DNA of 64,000 bases from Podarcis erhardii (taxonomy: Eukaryota), in NCBI GenBank assembly GCA_964252035.1, contig OZ176202.1. The stretch is one strand, 5' to 3'. Below, in pieces: positions 1 to 64,000 of this stretch. Each line of letters opens with the position of its first letter. Within the stretch, counting starts at the first letter, position 1. Under the pieces are notes generated by a model. The model was given only the letters and a program-made list of their open reading frames with translations. It did no database searches and was not told the origin of the DNA. Made by a program: the position numbers and the translations under genes.

Positions 1-43
1 TGCTATTTCCACAATATGCACTGTGAGTCTGTTCATTAGCTTA

Positions 44-53979
<53,936 letters not shown>

Positions 53980-54073
53980 GGCGAGCGAGAGGAGCCCGGC
54001 TGGCTGAGGCCGAGCTCCCCCGGCGGCGGGGCCCTGCGAGCCGAAGAAGACGACGGCGCTCGCCCGGGAGCTG

Positions 54074-54127
54074 TCACTGTTTGTTCGGCGGCAAGAGCCG
54101 CAGCAGCGAGGCGCTCGGCTCCACCAT
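54074..54127 (-). other. Upstream ORF in the PHIP leader (MVEPSASLLRLLPPNKQ*)
   Basis: ATG GTG GAG CCG ... CAG TGA, out of frame with the main ATG and ending 94 nt before it. It is in the mRNA only if the TSS lies above 54127. Confidence 0.55.
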
Positions 54128-57100
54128 TCAAGCCCCGGGCGGCAGTAGCAGCGGCGGCGGCGGCAGCAGGAGGAGGAGGAGGAAACAACAACTCGCAGCA
54201 AAACCCGCCGCCAACCCAAGCGCTGCTGCTGCTGCTGCTGCTGCCGCTCTCGTCAGCCAGCCAGCCAGCCAGCTTCGGGCGCAAGCGAGCGAGAGAGCGG
54301 GCGGAGTAGAGAACGCGATCCCTCCGCCGAGACAAAGAGTCCCAGCCCCCCTCCCCTCAGGGCGGGCGCGCGCGCACACACAAACACGCACACGCCCCCC
54401 TCCTTCAAGCCCCTTCACTCCCTTTCCTTCAGGTCGCCTTCCCCGGGCTTGAGTGGTGGTGGTATTGCGCTCCCCGCCCTAGAGAGCCCTGCCTCTCTTT
54501 TCCCCCTCCTCCTCCCCCTCCCCACACAAAACAAGGCGCTCGAGCTGAAGCTCGCTCCGGACTAGTGGGGGGGGGAAAGCCGAGCGAAGATGTCGGAGCG
54601 AGCTGGCAGAGGCGGGGTGTGGATGGGTGGGCGGGCAGCTTCGGCTGAAAGGCGCTTTCTCTGTAGAGAAGGGCTGGGAGGCCTCGGCGGCGGAGGGATA
54701 CGGCGCGCGCGGAGGCGGGAGGAGCGATGGAAGGCGGGGGGGGGGAGGGTTGTGCGCGAGAGAGAGAGAGAGAGCGCGCGCGAGAGGCCTTTTGGCGGCG
54801 GTGGCGCTGGAAGTTGCTCAGTTTCAATGTAGCCGAACTAGGAACCGAATGAGGCAAAAAAAAATGCCCCCAGGGACCGCAGGCCCCACTGGGCGAGGCG
54901 GGCGTGAGAGGCTCCTCTCGGCCCTCGCCGTGCCAGGGCCTACTGGGGGAGGGGGGTGAGTAGGTCGGGCCCGTCCTCTCCAGGCTTTCTCTCTTCTTCC
55001 ACATGCCTTCTTGTCGCCTTTAAATGCTACAGATTCCCATCTGCTTGTAAGTTGCAATGTCATGCGTGGTTTTGGTTTGTTTTCTTTCTCTTTCCTAAGT
55101 GTTACTCATTAGGGGTGGGCGAGCGTGTGTATATATGTATGTGTGTGTAAGGAAGAAATAAAAATGTATATATATTTTTCATACGCCTTGTCTCTACAGC
55201 TTTTCCTTTGTTATTGACTCTCTCCCTCTGGCTTAAAGAGGAGCATGAAATGACTTCCTGGTGTTATTAAAAGGTGCAATGTCAACATTTGCGTTTGCCC
55301 TGGTTTATTACTTAGATAGTGGGAGACGGCGGGTTAAGACAGCAATATTATTATGAAAGCAGACAAGTGAAAAGGATGAAAATGGATGCAACCTATGGCT
55401 GGACTTGAGGTAATTTACAGCTGGATCGATAACATACAGAAGGGTTATCGCATGATTAATGGTTACATTTACATATTGTGTTTCATGCTGTATTTAGGTA
55501 ATGAACAGGGCTCACCTGCCTAAAGTGTTTATTTCCATCTTAGGGAAATGTCTTTAGAAGCATGATGTGTTACAGTTTGAATTTTATCAGAGTAAACAGT
55601 GGTCAGCATTTGTTATGTAATATATCAATGTTTTGGGATTGAAAGTTGGGCATAGGGCAACTTTTGTATTCCAAAAAAGAAAGAAAAAGCGGCCATTTAA
55701 GCAATTAGTGCAAATCAATTAAAAACTGCTCATCAAATACAGTAAAGCTACAGTGATATGTTCTAGAGATGCTCGAACTATGCTAACCTAAAATGATTTC
55801 CTCTCTCCAAAGTTGCAGCTTTGAACTAAAATAAGGTATGTAGTTTTCAAGTAAATAATTATATAATATGTTGTATTAATGATTTTCTAAGTGTCAAGTT
55901 ATTAAGGCCCCAGCTCACAAAAGAGGCTGCATATATGCTTATTTCAGCACAAAACTGGAACTGTAGTAAGACTGCAATCCTACACCAACTTACCTGCACC
56001 TGAAATAAGCCCTATTAAACTTGGTGGGTCTTCCTTCTGAGTAAACTTGAATATGATTGCATTGCAAGAGCAATTGCTACAGTAGTCTTTTGCATCCTAT
56101 CACAAAAAAGAAACCATATATCTGGAAAATGTATGAAGTAAGTCCCACACTGCTTTTAGTTATTTCTGGAATTAGAAAAATTGATATCTAGAAGGTACAC
56201 ATGTCATCTTGAGATGAGTAACAAATTAATACAGGATTAATATTAAGTTAGAACTGAAGTGATTTTGTATTACAAGCTTTTCTGTTTTAGCATCTTCACC
56301 ATTTCATTTCCCTACTATTTTTGTGGCCCCCATTTGAACCTGATACTTTTATTTTACATTCTAGAATTGTATGAAGGTTTTAATTTAATCAATCTTTTAA
56401 TAAAGTACTATATTTTTCAGTTACTCTGGAGCCTTATATTTAAGATGTAGAATGTGAATAAAGACCTTAATAGGCAGTGCTAATAAGATTTGCAAGTTTA
56501 TCCTGCTCTTTTTATGATTGCTTATATGTGTACAAATATAGCTAAGGTATTTATATAAATTATGATCTGTTGATATTGGATCAGTATTTCAATGTTACTT
56601 ACTCTGAAAGAAATTAGTTTTTAATTAGAAGAAAGATGATTGTGACTATAAAGGCTTTCCTTTTTTGTATTATATATCCCACAGTAATTCTGTTGCTTGA
56701 ATTCACATGCAAAAACACTGACATTTCTATTATCACCAGTATAGCACACTAAAAATACAAGCAGAAGGTGCAGTTCTATCATTTTAAAATTATTTCTCTG
56801 CAATAAGATCATTGGATTTTGTTTTGCATGCAAGTTGTTTTTTCTTCTACAGAAGTCTTAGAATTATTTTGGTATTGTACATTTAGAATAGAGGATGTTG
56901 AGGTTTGTTCGTTCTTTTAATTGTAACAGCTTATTATCAGTGATATCTCAGCAGTGCATTGTGCTAAGTCCCAGTAATGTTATTGTTTTCTTTGCTAGAA
57001 AAATGTATTCCTGAAATCTCTCACACGATCTCCAGTAGTATATTTTGAAATTCCTGCATTTGTGTCGAGTTGCATTATCCTTAAAGAGAAATATTTTAGT

Positions 57101-57878
57101 TCCACTGTCATTGAGATGTAATAGGTTCTTTGTGAACTGCTTCTGTTATAATGAGGTTTGTCCTACACTAGTAAGATTCCCCTTTTCAGAATAAAATAGC
57201 TATTTAAAATATGTAACGATGTAGTCTAACTAGTGACGTTATGGTTTTAATTTTACAAAATCATGTTATAATTACAAGTGGTAGTAACATGGTTTTAATT
57301 TAACTTTCTGAAAATGAATGTTTGGCATGCCTTTCATTACTGTAGGATTGCTGAGTTTCAGGAAACTTACAAATATTTGTTTTCCCCATGGTAGATGCAA
57401 CACAATATTTTACAGAGAAATTGAAAGACCTTTAGTAGCAGTTTATGAAACTATTTCCTTCTTTAGAAAAATATTTGACAATAAAAATATTTGCTGTAAC
57501 TAAAACAAATGTAGATAACACTGACTGAAGTATTTCTGGAATATTAGAAATAGATATAATTAACTGCATATCATTGTATGTACATTTCTTTCAGTAAGAC
57601 AGGAAATTGTGAGAAACATGAAGGGCATTGCCCCAAAGGAAAATGTTTTTATTAAGGCTGAGAAACACTTTGGGGGATGGATCCAAAGAAACATGAGTGG
57701 AACAACTATGCTTATTATTGTTTCATGAACTGTTTGAAAACTTTATGGAACAAAGCACCTGGAGGTACACCACAGTATGCAAACGAAGTATGGTCCATAC
57801 TGTAGTGTATAAGTGTTGCATCTAGGCATATGATCAATTATAGGGAGATAGGGGGCCCCATGTTGTTTAAGAGGTGTT

Positions 57879-57994
57879 CCCCACTGCAAAGCAAGCTCTA
57901 AGAGCTAGGGTGCAAATATTTCTACATTGCAATATTCACTCTGCAATGCAGAACTCTTTGCACCCCAGCCATTAAGGTTTGCTTTGCAATGGGG
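57879..57994. repeat. Imperfect inverted repeat, arms of about 53 bp and a 10-nt loop
   Basis: CCCCACTGCAAAGCAAGC..GGGTGCAAA..CATTGCA pairs with TGCAATG..TTTGCACCCC..GGTTTGCTTTGCAATGGGG. Confidence 0.8.
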
Positions 57995-60307
57995 AGCTTC
58001 TCACACCTTATCCATTAGGGCTTGATTTCCAAATGTGTGATTTAAACTTATAAGCATTTCTGGAAGATTTGGAGCTAGATGCAAAGGCGCCCTTCCACAT
58101 CTGCAAGGGCCTTTATTCTACTAGAGGCACTTGCAAATGTAAAGGGGGAAAAAGTGATTTTCACCTACTTCTCCCTCCTTCTGCAGTCAACCTGAGCCAC
58201 CTTCCATGCTTTTTGAAAGGTTTCACAATCCTCTGGAGCAGAGGTTTAAGGAATCCTTAAGAATCAAATTCCCCCTTCCATTCATAGAAGTCAAGAGTGA
58301 CGCTCATGCTATCTCTAATGCCAACCAATGGAAACCAGAGAGATATAGCAAACTGTCTTTCACAAGTGGTTGTGCAATGATTTGCACTAACTGTGTTGCA
58401 CTTTCTTTCACATAATGCTAAGTCAGAAATAGCCCTTCCATGAGCAGAAAATGCTTTCTGCTTGTAGAACAACACATTTGGATCTAAACATACTGTTACA
58501 ATCAAATAGCAGGAAATATTTTCTTTTTGAAAGGAAATAGCAATGTTTCTACATATTTATCACAGCTATAACATACTAGTAGAACACAGTATGAGTAAAA
58601 GACCTCTAATGAATATGGATTGATAACTCAAGTTATACATACCATTTTCAGACCCACGTATAGTGCATTATCAATATATTTGCATAAATGTTTTTGCTGG
58701 CACACACCCTGTTGAGGAAAGTGGTGAAATGAGGAATGTTGTGAAAAGTTGTTTAAAATGACTACACAAATACATTTCTGCAAAAAGCCAGAGCAATACA
58801 TCTCTTGCCTTGCCTGTTTTGTACTTTTCAACTTGCAGTTTTAGTAATGAGGAACAAGTACAATGGGCAAGTTGCCAGGGCTAATACACTGAGAATATGT
58901 GAGGGTAGATTCTTGAATTTGTTTGTTGCACAATCAAAGGCCTGAAACATAGGGAATTAAAGTTATCCTAAATTGTCACATTCTATAGTGGGAAGTAGTG
59001 CTGAAAATATATGTGAGGGGTGATGCCCGTAGTTGAGATGTCTTGCAAACATTTTTTTTCAATGAACTTCATAGCCTTTTTAATATTTCTTACTCTGGCT
59101 CTCTTCCTCTATAGTTATTTTTTACTATTTTGTCTCTCGTGTTAAATTTTACATACAAGTGTGCATCAAGGTCTTCTAAATGCTAATTATGTAAACATTG
59201 TCCAGGATTAACATTTGCACATTTTCCCTTAGACATTTCATGTAATTTCAGTCCTAGAAGTTCAGTCATGACATGTGAGTATTGTGAATGGGGACTAGCA
59301 GAATAATCCTAACTTCAGGAAGTTATGGCATTTAGGAGCCTCTGGGAGGGATTGTTGCCAACTAAACTGGCAGGTGAGTGTGGACATGAGTTTTGAAGAG
59401 TGGGCCCTAGGTGACATGACTGGGCTGAACAGGTTTTGGAATAGATTTCTATTTGCCCTGTCTCCCAGTCATCCCTTTTGGGGGACTTATGTTGTTCTAA
59501 GTTCCACCATCTTATCTCCAGCCCAACCAGGGTGAGGAGCTTACACCACCAAAGCCCCAGCTTAGAAAGAAAGTCTGGGATCTGCTGAATCTAAACACTC
59601 TCATCCCAGAGTATCTTGAGTTTGTCTCAGACTATTAATAAGCAAACCTGCATACCAGCAGTTCTAAATAGATGCATATTATTTTTATTATTATTTTTTA
59701 GTTTACATGCTGCCTTTTGCCCAGTGCGGGACCCAAGGCTGCTCACAGCATATATTAATGCAGTTACAACTAAAAGACACAATAAATATAAATATTAAAA
59801 AACAAATAAGTAACCGTATTAAAAACAGCACTGAAAACAAAACTATTTAAAAACACACATGTACAAAGTATAACACTCATCGTCTGAAAACCCTGCAACA
59901 ACAAGTCAGTTAATAGCTAAAGGCCTGTACCTTTGGAAAGTTGTAATTTTTAGTTCACAGTACTGCTTTCAATTGGTTTTTGTCCCTAAATGCAGTTGCC
60001 TACCTCACTTCACTACAGTTACTTAATGACAATTACTGTCATGAAGCTAAACCAATCTGCTAAGAAGCTACAACACAGCAGACTAGTGAGCTACCTAACG
60101 CTAATGTGGTTTCTGATGCTGTGTATCTATTTCAAAAATTAGGGTTATTTCATAGAAGGCAAGGGCTTTGTTCACTATGAGTGATTGAAAGACAGCTTGA
60201 GTCAACTTACAACTTTCTACAACAGCTACAGAAACGTTCCTCAAAGCTACAAATAAGATCCTTCTCAAAGATTGATCCTGATCTTAGCTTTCTGGTATCA
60301 TCACCAA

Positions 60308-60813
60308 CAGCATCTTAAAAAGTAGTGACATCAGACATCACCTTGCCAACAAAGGTCCGTATAGTAAAAGCTATGGTTTTCCCAGTAGTGATGTATGGAA
60401 GTGAGAGTTGGACCATAAAGAAGGCAAATCGCCGAAGAATTGATGCTTTTGAATTATGGTGCTGGAGGAGACTCTTGAGAGTCCCATGGACTGCAAGAAG
60501 ATCAAACGTATCCATTCTTAAGGAAATCAGCCCTGAGTGCTCACTGGAAGGACAGATTGTGAAGCTGAGGCTCCAATACTTTGGCCACCTCATGAGAAGA
60601 GAAGACTCCCTGGAAAAGACCCTGATGTTGGGAAAGATGGAGGGCACAAGGAGAAGGGGACGACAGAGAACGAGATGGTTGGATAGTGTCTTCGAAGCTA
60701 CAAACATGAGTCTGACCAAACTGCGGGAGGCAGTGGAAGACAGAAGTGCCTGGCGTGCTCTGGTCCATGGGGTTACGAAGAGTCGGACACGACTAAACGA
60801 CTACACAACAACA
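60308..60813 (+). mobile_element. BovB (RTE) LINE, 5'-truncated, with an open ORF2 C-terminus
   Basis: ORF 60325..60840 reads DITLPTKVRIVKAMVFPVVMYGSESWTIKKA...FELWCWRRLLRVPW; (CAA)n tail; 11-bp TSD ATCATCACCAA (60297-60307 and 60814-60824). Confidence 0.95.
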
Positions 60814-61630
60814 ATCATCACCAAGCAAGCCTCAAGATAATAGAAGGGAAAACAACATTTGAGGTGTCAACAGCTCAGAACCAGTGCCCTGATACAAAGG
60901 TGGTGTGGGGAGGGGGAGTCCCCCAAATTGGCTGTTTGGTGGACAGGAGGACTGCATTAAGCACCCTCTGTCTCTTTCTAAACAGCTGATCAGCTAAATG
61001 TTACATTTTTGAAGTGTTACCTTACCCTTGTGCAGTCCCTAAGCTGTAGGATGTGAGAGGATGAGTAGTGTTAATTTTTATACACACAAATGAATCTGCT
61101 ACGAATCTGTAGAGAGTGAGGAAACAGTTCTTGGAAGATGGGTTCCACATGGATTGAGGGGTTACTCAGTCAGGGCACTGATCTTAATACACAGCCTTGT
61201 GTTTAATATGTTGCTTCTTTCAAGACATTAGTCAGATGAGTGACTTGCCCTGTAGAACAGTTTAACAATAATATGTGGTGGTATGGAGTGGAATTGCATG
61301 ATATTTCATTCTCCTTTTACAAATGTCATTAGTTGCTACTATCTAAAATCAATAATAAGCCCATGGGGAGAAGTTACATAGAAGTGTATGCCTACTGTAT
61401 ACTACACAGTTATTCAAGTCTAAGCCTCCTTACATTAGATATTTCATTTTAAGATACATCACTAGCATCATCTTAAACTACCATTTGCTGGCAGCGTTCA
61501 AGCTATTTCTTAAGTTGATGAACCATGGTTTATGAAGCCAGGAATGAGAATTTGGATCAAATGTTCTTCCATTCACACAGCAGCTTCATTCTTGGCTTGC
61601 TGTAAGCCCAAGTTCCCATTATATCTGAAC

Positions 61631-61836
61631 AGGATGGTTCTGGTTACAGATAGGTAGCCGTGTTGGTCTGCCATAGTCAAAACAAAACAAATTCCTTCCA
61701 GTAGCACCTTAAAGACCAACTAAGTCAGTTCTTGGTATGAGCTGTGTATCTGAAGAAGTGTGCATGCACACGAAAGCTCATACCAAGAACTGACTTAGTT
61801 GGTCTTTAAGGTGCTACTGGAAGGATGGTTCTGGTT
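61631..61836. mobile_element. Short inverted PLE insertion, same subfamily as 26460-26747
   Basis: 51-bp arms at 61693-61743 and 61775-61825; 15-bp flanking direct repeat AGGATGGTTCTGGTT (61631-61645 and 61822-61836). Confidence 0.88.
61746..61783 (+). ncRNA. Minimal hammerhead motif
   Basis: GTAT-CTGAAGA-A-GTGTGCATGCACAC-GAAA-GC-TC^ATAC. Confidence 0.65.
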
Positions 61837-62239
61837 TACTGTCAGTTAACAAGCCCAGATAATGAGCCAGGATTTGAGGGGTGAGGCAGAGAAGGAGCAC
61901 TTGTTCCCAGAATCATAAACCTTGGTCATCCAAAACCTTGCCGTTGTGTATCTTTCCAACATATGCCATTCCTTTTTAAATTCTGTAAATAACCATTTAT
62001 CTAGTCTCCTATGGTTATTAAGAATCCTCTGGGTATCGGATTGGGAGCTTTCTAGAGAAAGGATTAAACAGTGCTAAGGTGTATATGGTGTGCATGGAAT
62101 GTTGCAAGTTCAATCCCTAACCTTTCCAGTTAAAGGCTCTCAGGTAACAACAATCGAAAAGATCCATCCACTCACATTAGGTTGCCTAGAGCTAGCGAGA
62201 CCTATAACCTGGCTTCAGAATATATCGAGAGTCCTTTGG

Positions 62240-62570
62240 TATCAGAGCAAAACCACCTTGTCCAGCACCCTGTTCTCACTGTAACCAACCAGATAACTAG
62301 GGAAAGCCCATAAGCAGGAGGACATCAGTGCAACAGCACTCTTTCTTCTTGTGTTCCCAGCAACTTGGATTCAGAAACATACTTCCTCTGACACTGGGGG
62401 TAGTACATAGCCATCATGACTAGTAGCCTTTGATAGTCATATGCATGAATTTTAAAGTCGGAGCTCCAAGTTAGTGGCCACCACTACATGTTGTGAAAGA
62501 AATTTCTGTAGTTTTAATTGCATGCTGTGTGAGGAAATGCCTCCTTTTGCACATTCATCTTCATTTGATG
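62240..62570 (-). mobile_element. Decayed CR1 LINE 3' fragment
   Basis: GTCCAGCACCCTGTTCTCAC...ATAGCCATCATGACTAGTAGCC...CCAAGTTAGTGGCCA matches a reverse-strand squamate CR1 end. Confidence 0.7.
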
Positions 62571-62586
62571 AGCCCTAGTTCTAGTA

Positions 62587-62920
62587 GGGACGCAGGTGGC
62601 GCTGTGGGTTAAACCACTGAGCCTAGGGCTTGCCGATCAGAAGGTTGACGGTTCTAATCCCTGCGACAGAGTGAGCTCCTGTTGCTCGATCCCTGCTTCT
62701 GCCAACCTACCAGTTCGAAAGCAATTCAAAGTACCTTCCGGTGGGAAGGTAAACGGCATTTCCGTGTGCTGCTCTGGTTCGCCAGAAGCAGCTTAGTCAT
62801 GCTGGCCACATGACCCGGAAGCTGTACGCCGGCTCCCTCGGCCAGTAAAGCAAGATGAGCGCCGCAACCCCAGAGTCAGCCACAACTGGACCTAATGGTC
62901 AGGGGTCCCTTTACCTTTAC
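62587..62920 (+). mobile_element. Sauria SINE, full length with a small internal deletion
   Basis: GGGACGCAGGTGGCGCTGTGGGTTAAACC head, (CCTTTA)n tail, 12-13-bp TSD CTAGTTCTAGTA (62575-62586 and 62921-62932). Confidence 0.93.
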
Positions 62921-64000
62921 CTAGTTCTAGTATTAGGAGAAGAAGAAAACATTCACATTCTACTTTCTGCCAGTGTGTATAATTTTATATGCCTGTATTT
63001 TACTTGCCTTTTCAGATTTAAAAGCCCCAGAGACTTTGTATAAGGCAGCATCATATATATTCATAAAAGCTTGATAAGGCCGCAAACTACTACCAACTGA
63101 GTTTAGGCACACAAGATTAGTAAAGTTTTCTGTGGACATAATGCAAGCCTTTCCTAATGCAAAAGTATTTTTTCTGAAGCATCACATTGCTAGGAAGCAA
63201 CTTAATTAAGGAAGAATAGAATAATATTTTACTGCAGATTTCCTTTATCAAAGTTATAACAATATCTTTCAAGAATGATTTATTTGGTGACTCGGAAGGT
63301 CTACTGATTGTTCCTTTATTTGTAGGTACGGTATTTTAATGTAGTTCAATGTTTATATTTCTATTTACAATTGATACTAAATCAAGTACTGTATTTATAA
63401 AACTAATATGAACTGGTTATATCTAACAGAAGTTCTTTGAAAGCCATTAAGAATTCAAATATATTTCTAAAGCTTTTATCGCATATTTATTGTTTTTGCA
63501 TTCTCTAAATGAGCTACTTCCAAATCAGTTATTCACTATGCATTCAAGTATACAGTTTCCTTACATCATATGTCTGTTTAATGTACATGTAAAACACATA
63601 ATGTACAAACACATTCCATTTGTCACAATAAGATATATGGGGGAAAGATAAATTATTCCTACTTGGTTAGAACAGTATATTGTCTGCTTTCACAGTCTTG
63701 TCTCTTGGGAATTGGCTCTTGCAGCTGTTGAATTGTTTTGCTTACATATTATAAGTGGGGCTATCTACCGATTTAAACCTTTTAGTCAATTAATCATCGT
63801 GACTTTCAACAAAATAATTTAAACTTAAATTTCAAATTGATATAAATGAAGGGGCCTTTTTGAGATATTGAAGGAACTGTGAGAGCACACAGTGGATTAA
63901 GGAAAAGCTGACGTTCATTTCTGATCACTCAGAATATCCTTTTTCATTCTCTGTTACAGTTACACTAGAACCAAAATAGCTTTAAAAAGAACTGTGTGTT

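Noticed and set aside
55100-64000. A second protein-coding gene upstream of PHIP
   Set aside because: I recognised no exon chain or protein similarity; the only long ORF belongs to BovB.

Overview
Vertebrate (squamate, probably lacertid-type lizard, inferred from its SINE, BovB and Penelope content) genomic DNA, about 40% GC, with a CpG island at about 52.9-55.0 kb. The window carries the 5' two thirds of PHIP (DCAF14/BRWD2; WD40 plus bromodomain) on the minus strand. I traced 32 coding exons from the ATG at 53979 down to position 45. All introns are GT-AG, the phases are consistent, and the total is 3806 nt (about 1268 codons). The gene continues past the left edge. Introns and the upstream 9 kb contain Sauria and other tRNA-derived SINEs, BovB, L2, CR1, TcMar and hAT MITEs, a decayed DIRS-like element and five Penelope-like (PLE) insertions. 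The most notable signal is that the short PLE insertions carry minimal type I hammerhead ribozyme motifs, with one compensatory stem II change. Three of them are built as inverted repeats whose breakpoints fall at the ribozyme, and one has captured a 61-bp copy of nearby intronic DNA as its loop. Other observations are a uORF and an inverted repeat in the PHIP leader, a poly-Gly N-terminal extension, an in-frame stop-free 90-nt intron and a partial exon duplication fused to a palindrome. Comparisons with human PHIP and repeat-family names are from memory, not from database searches.
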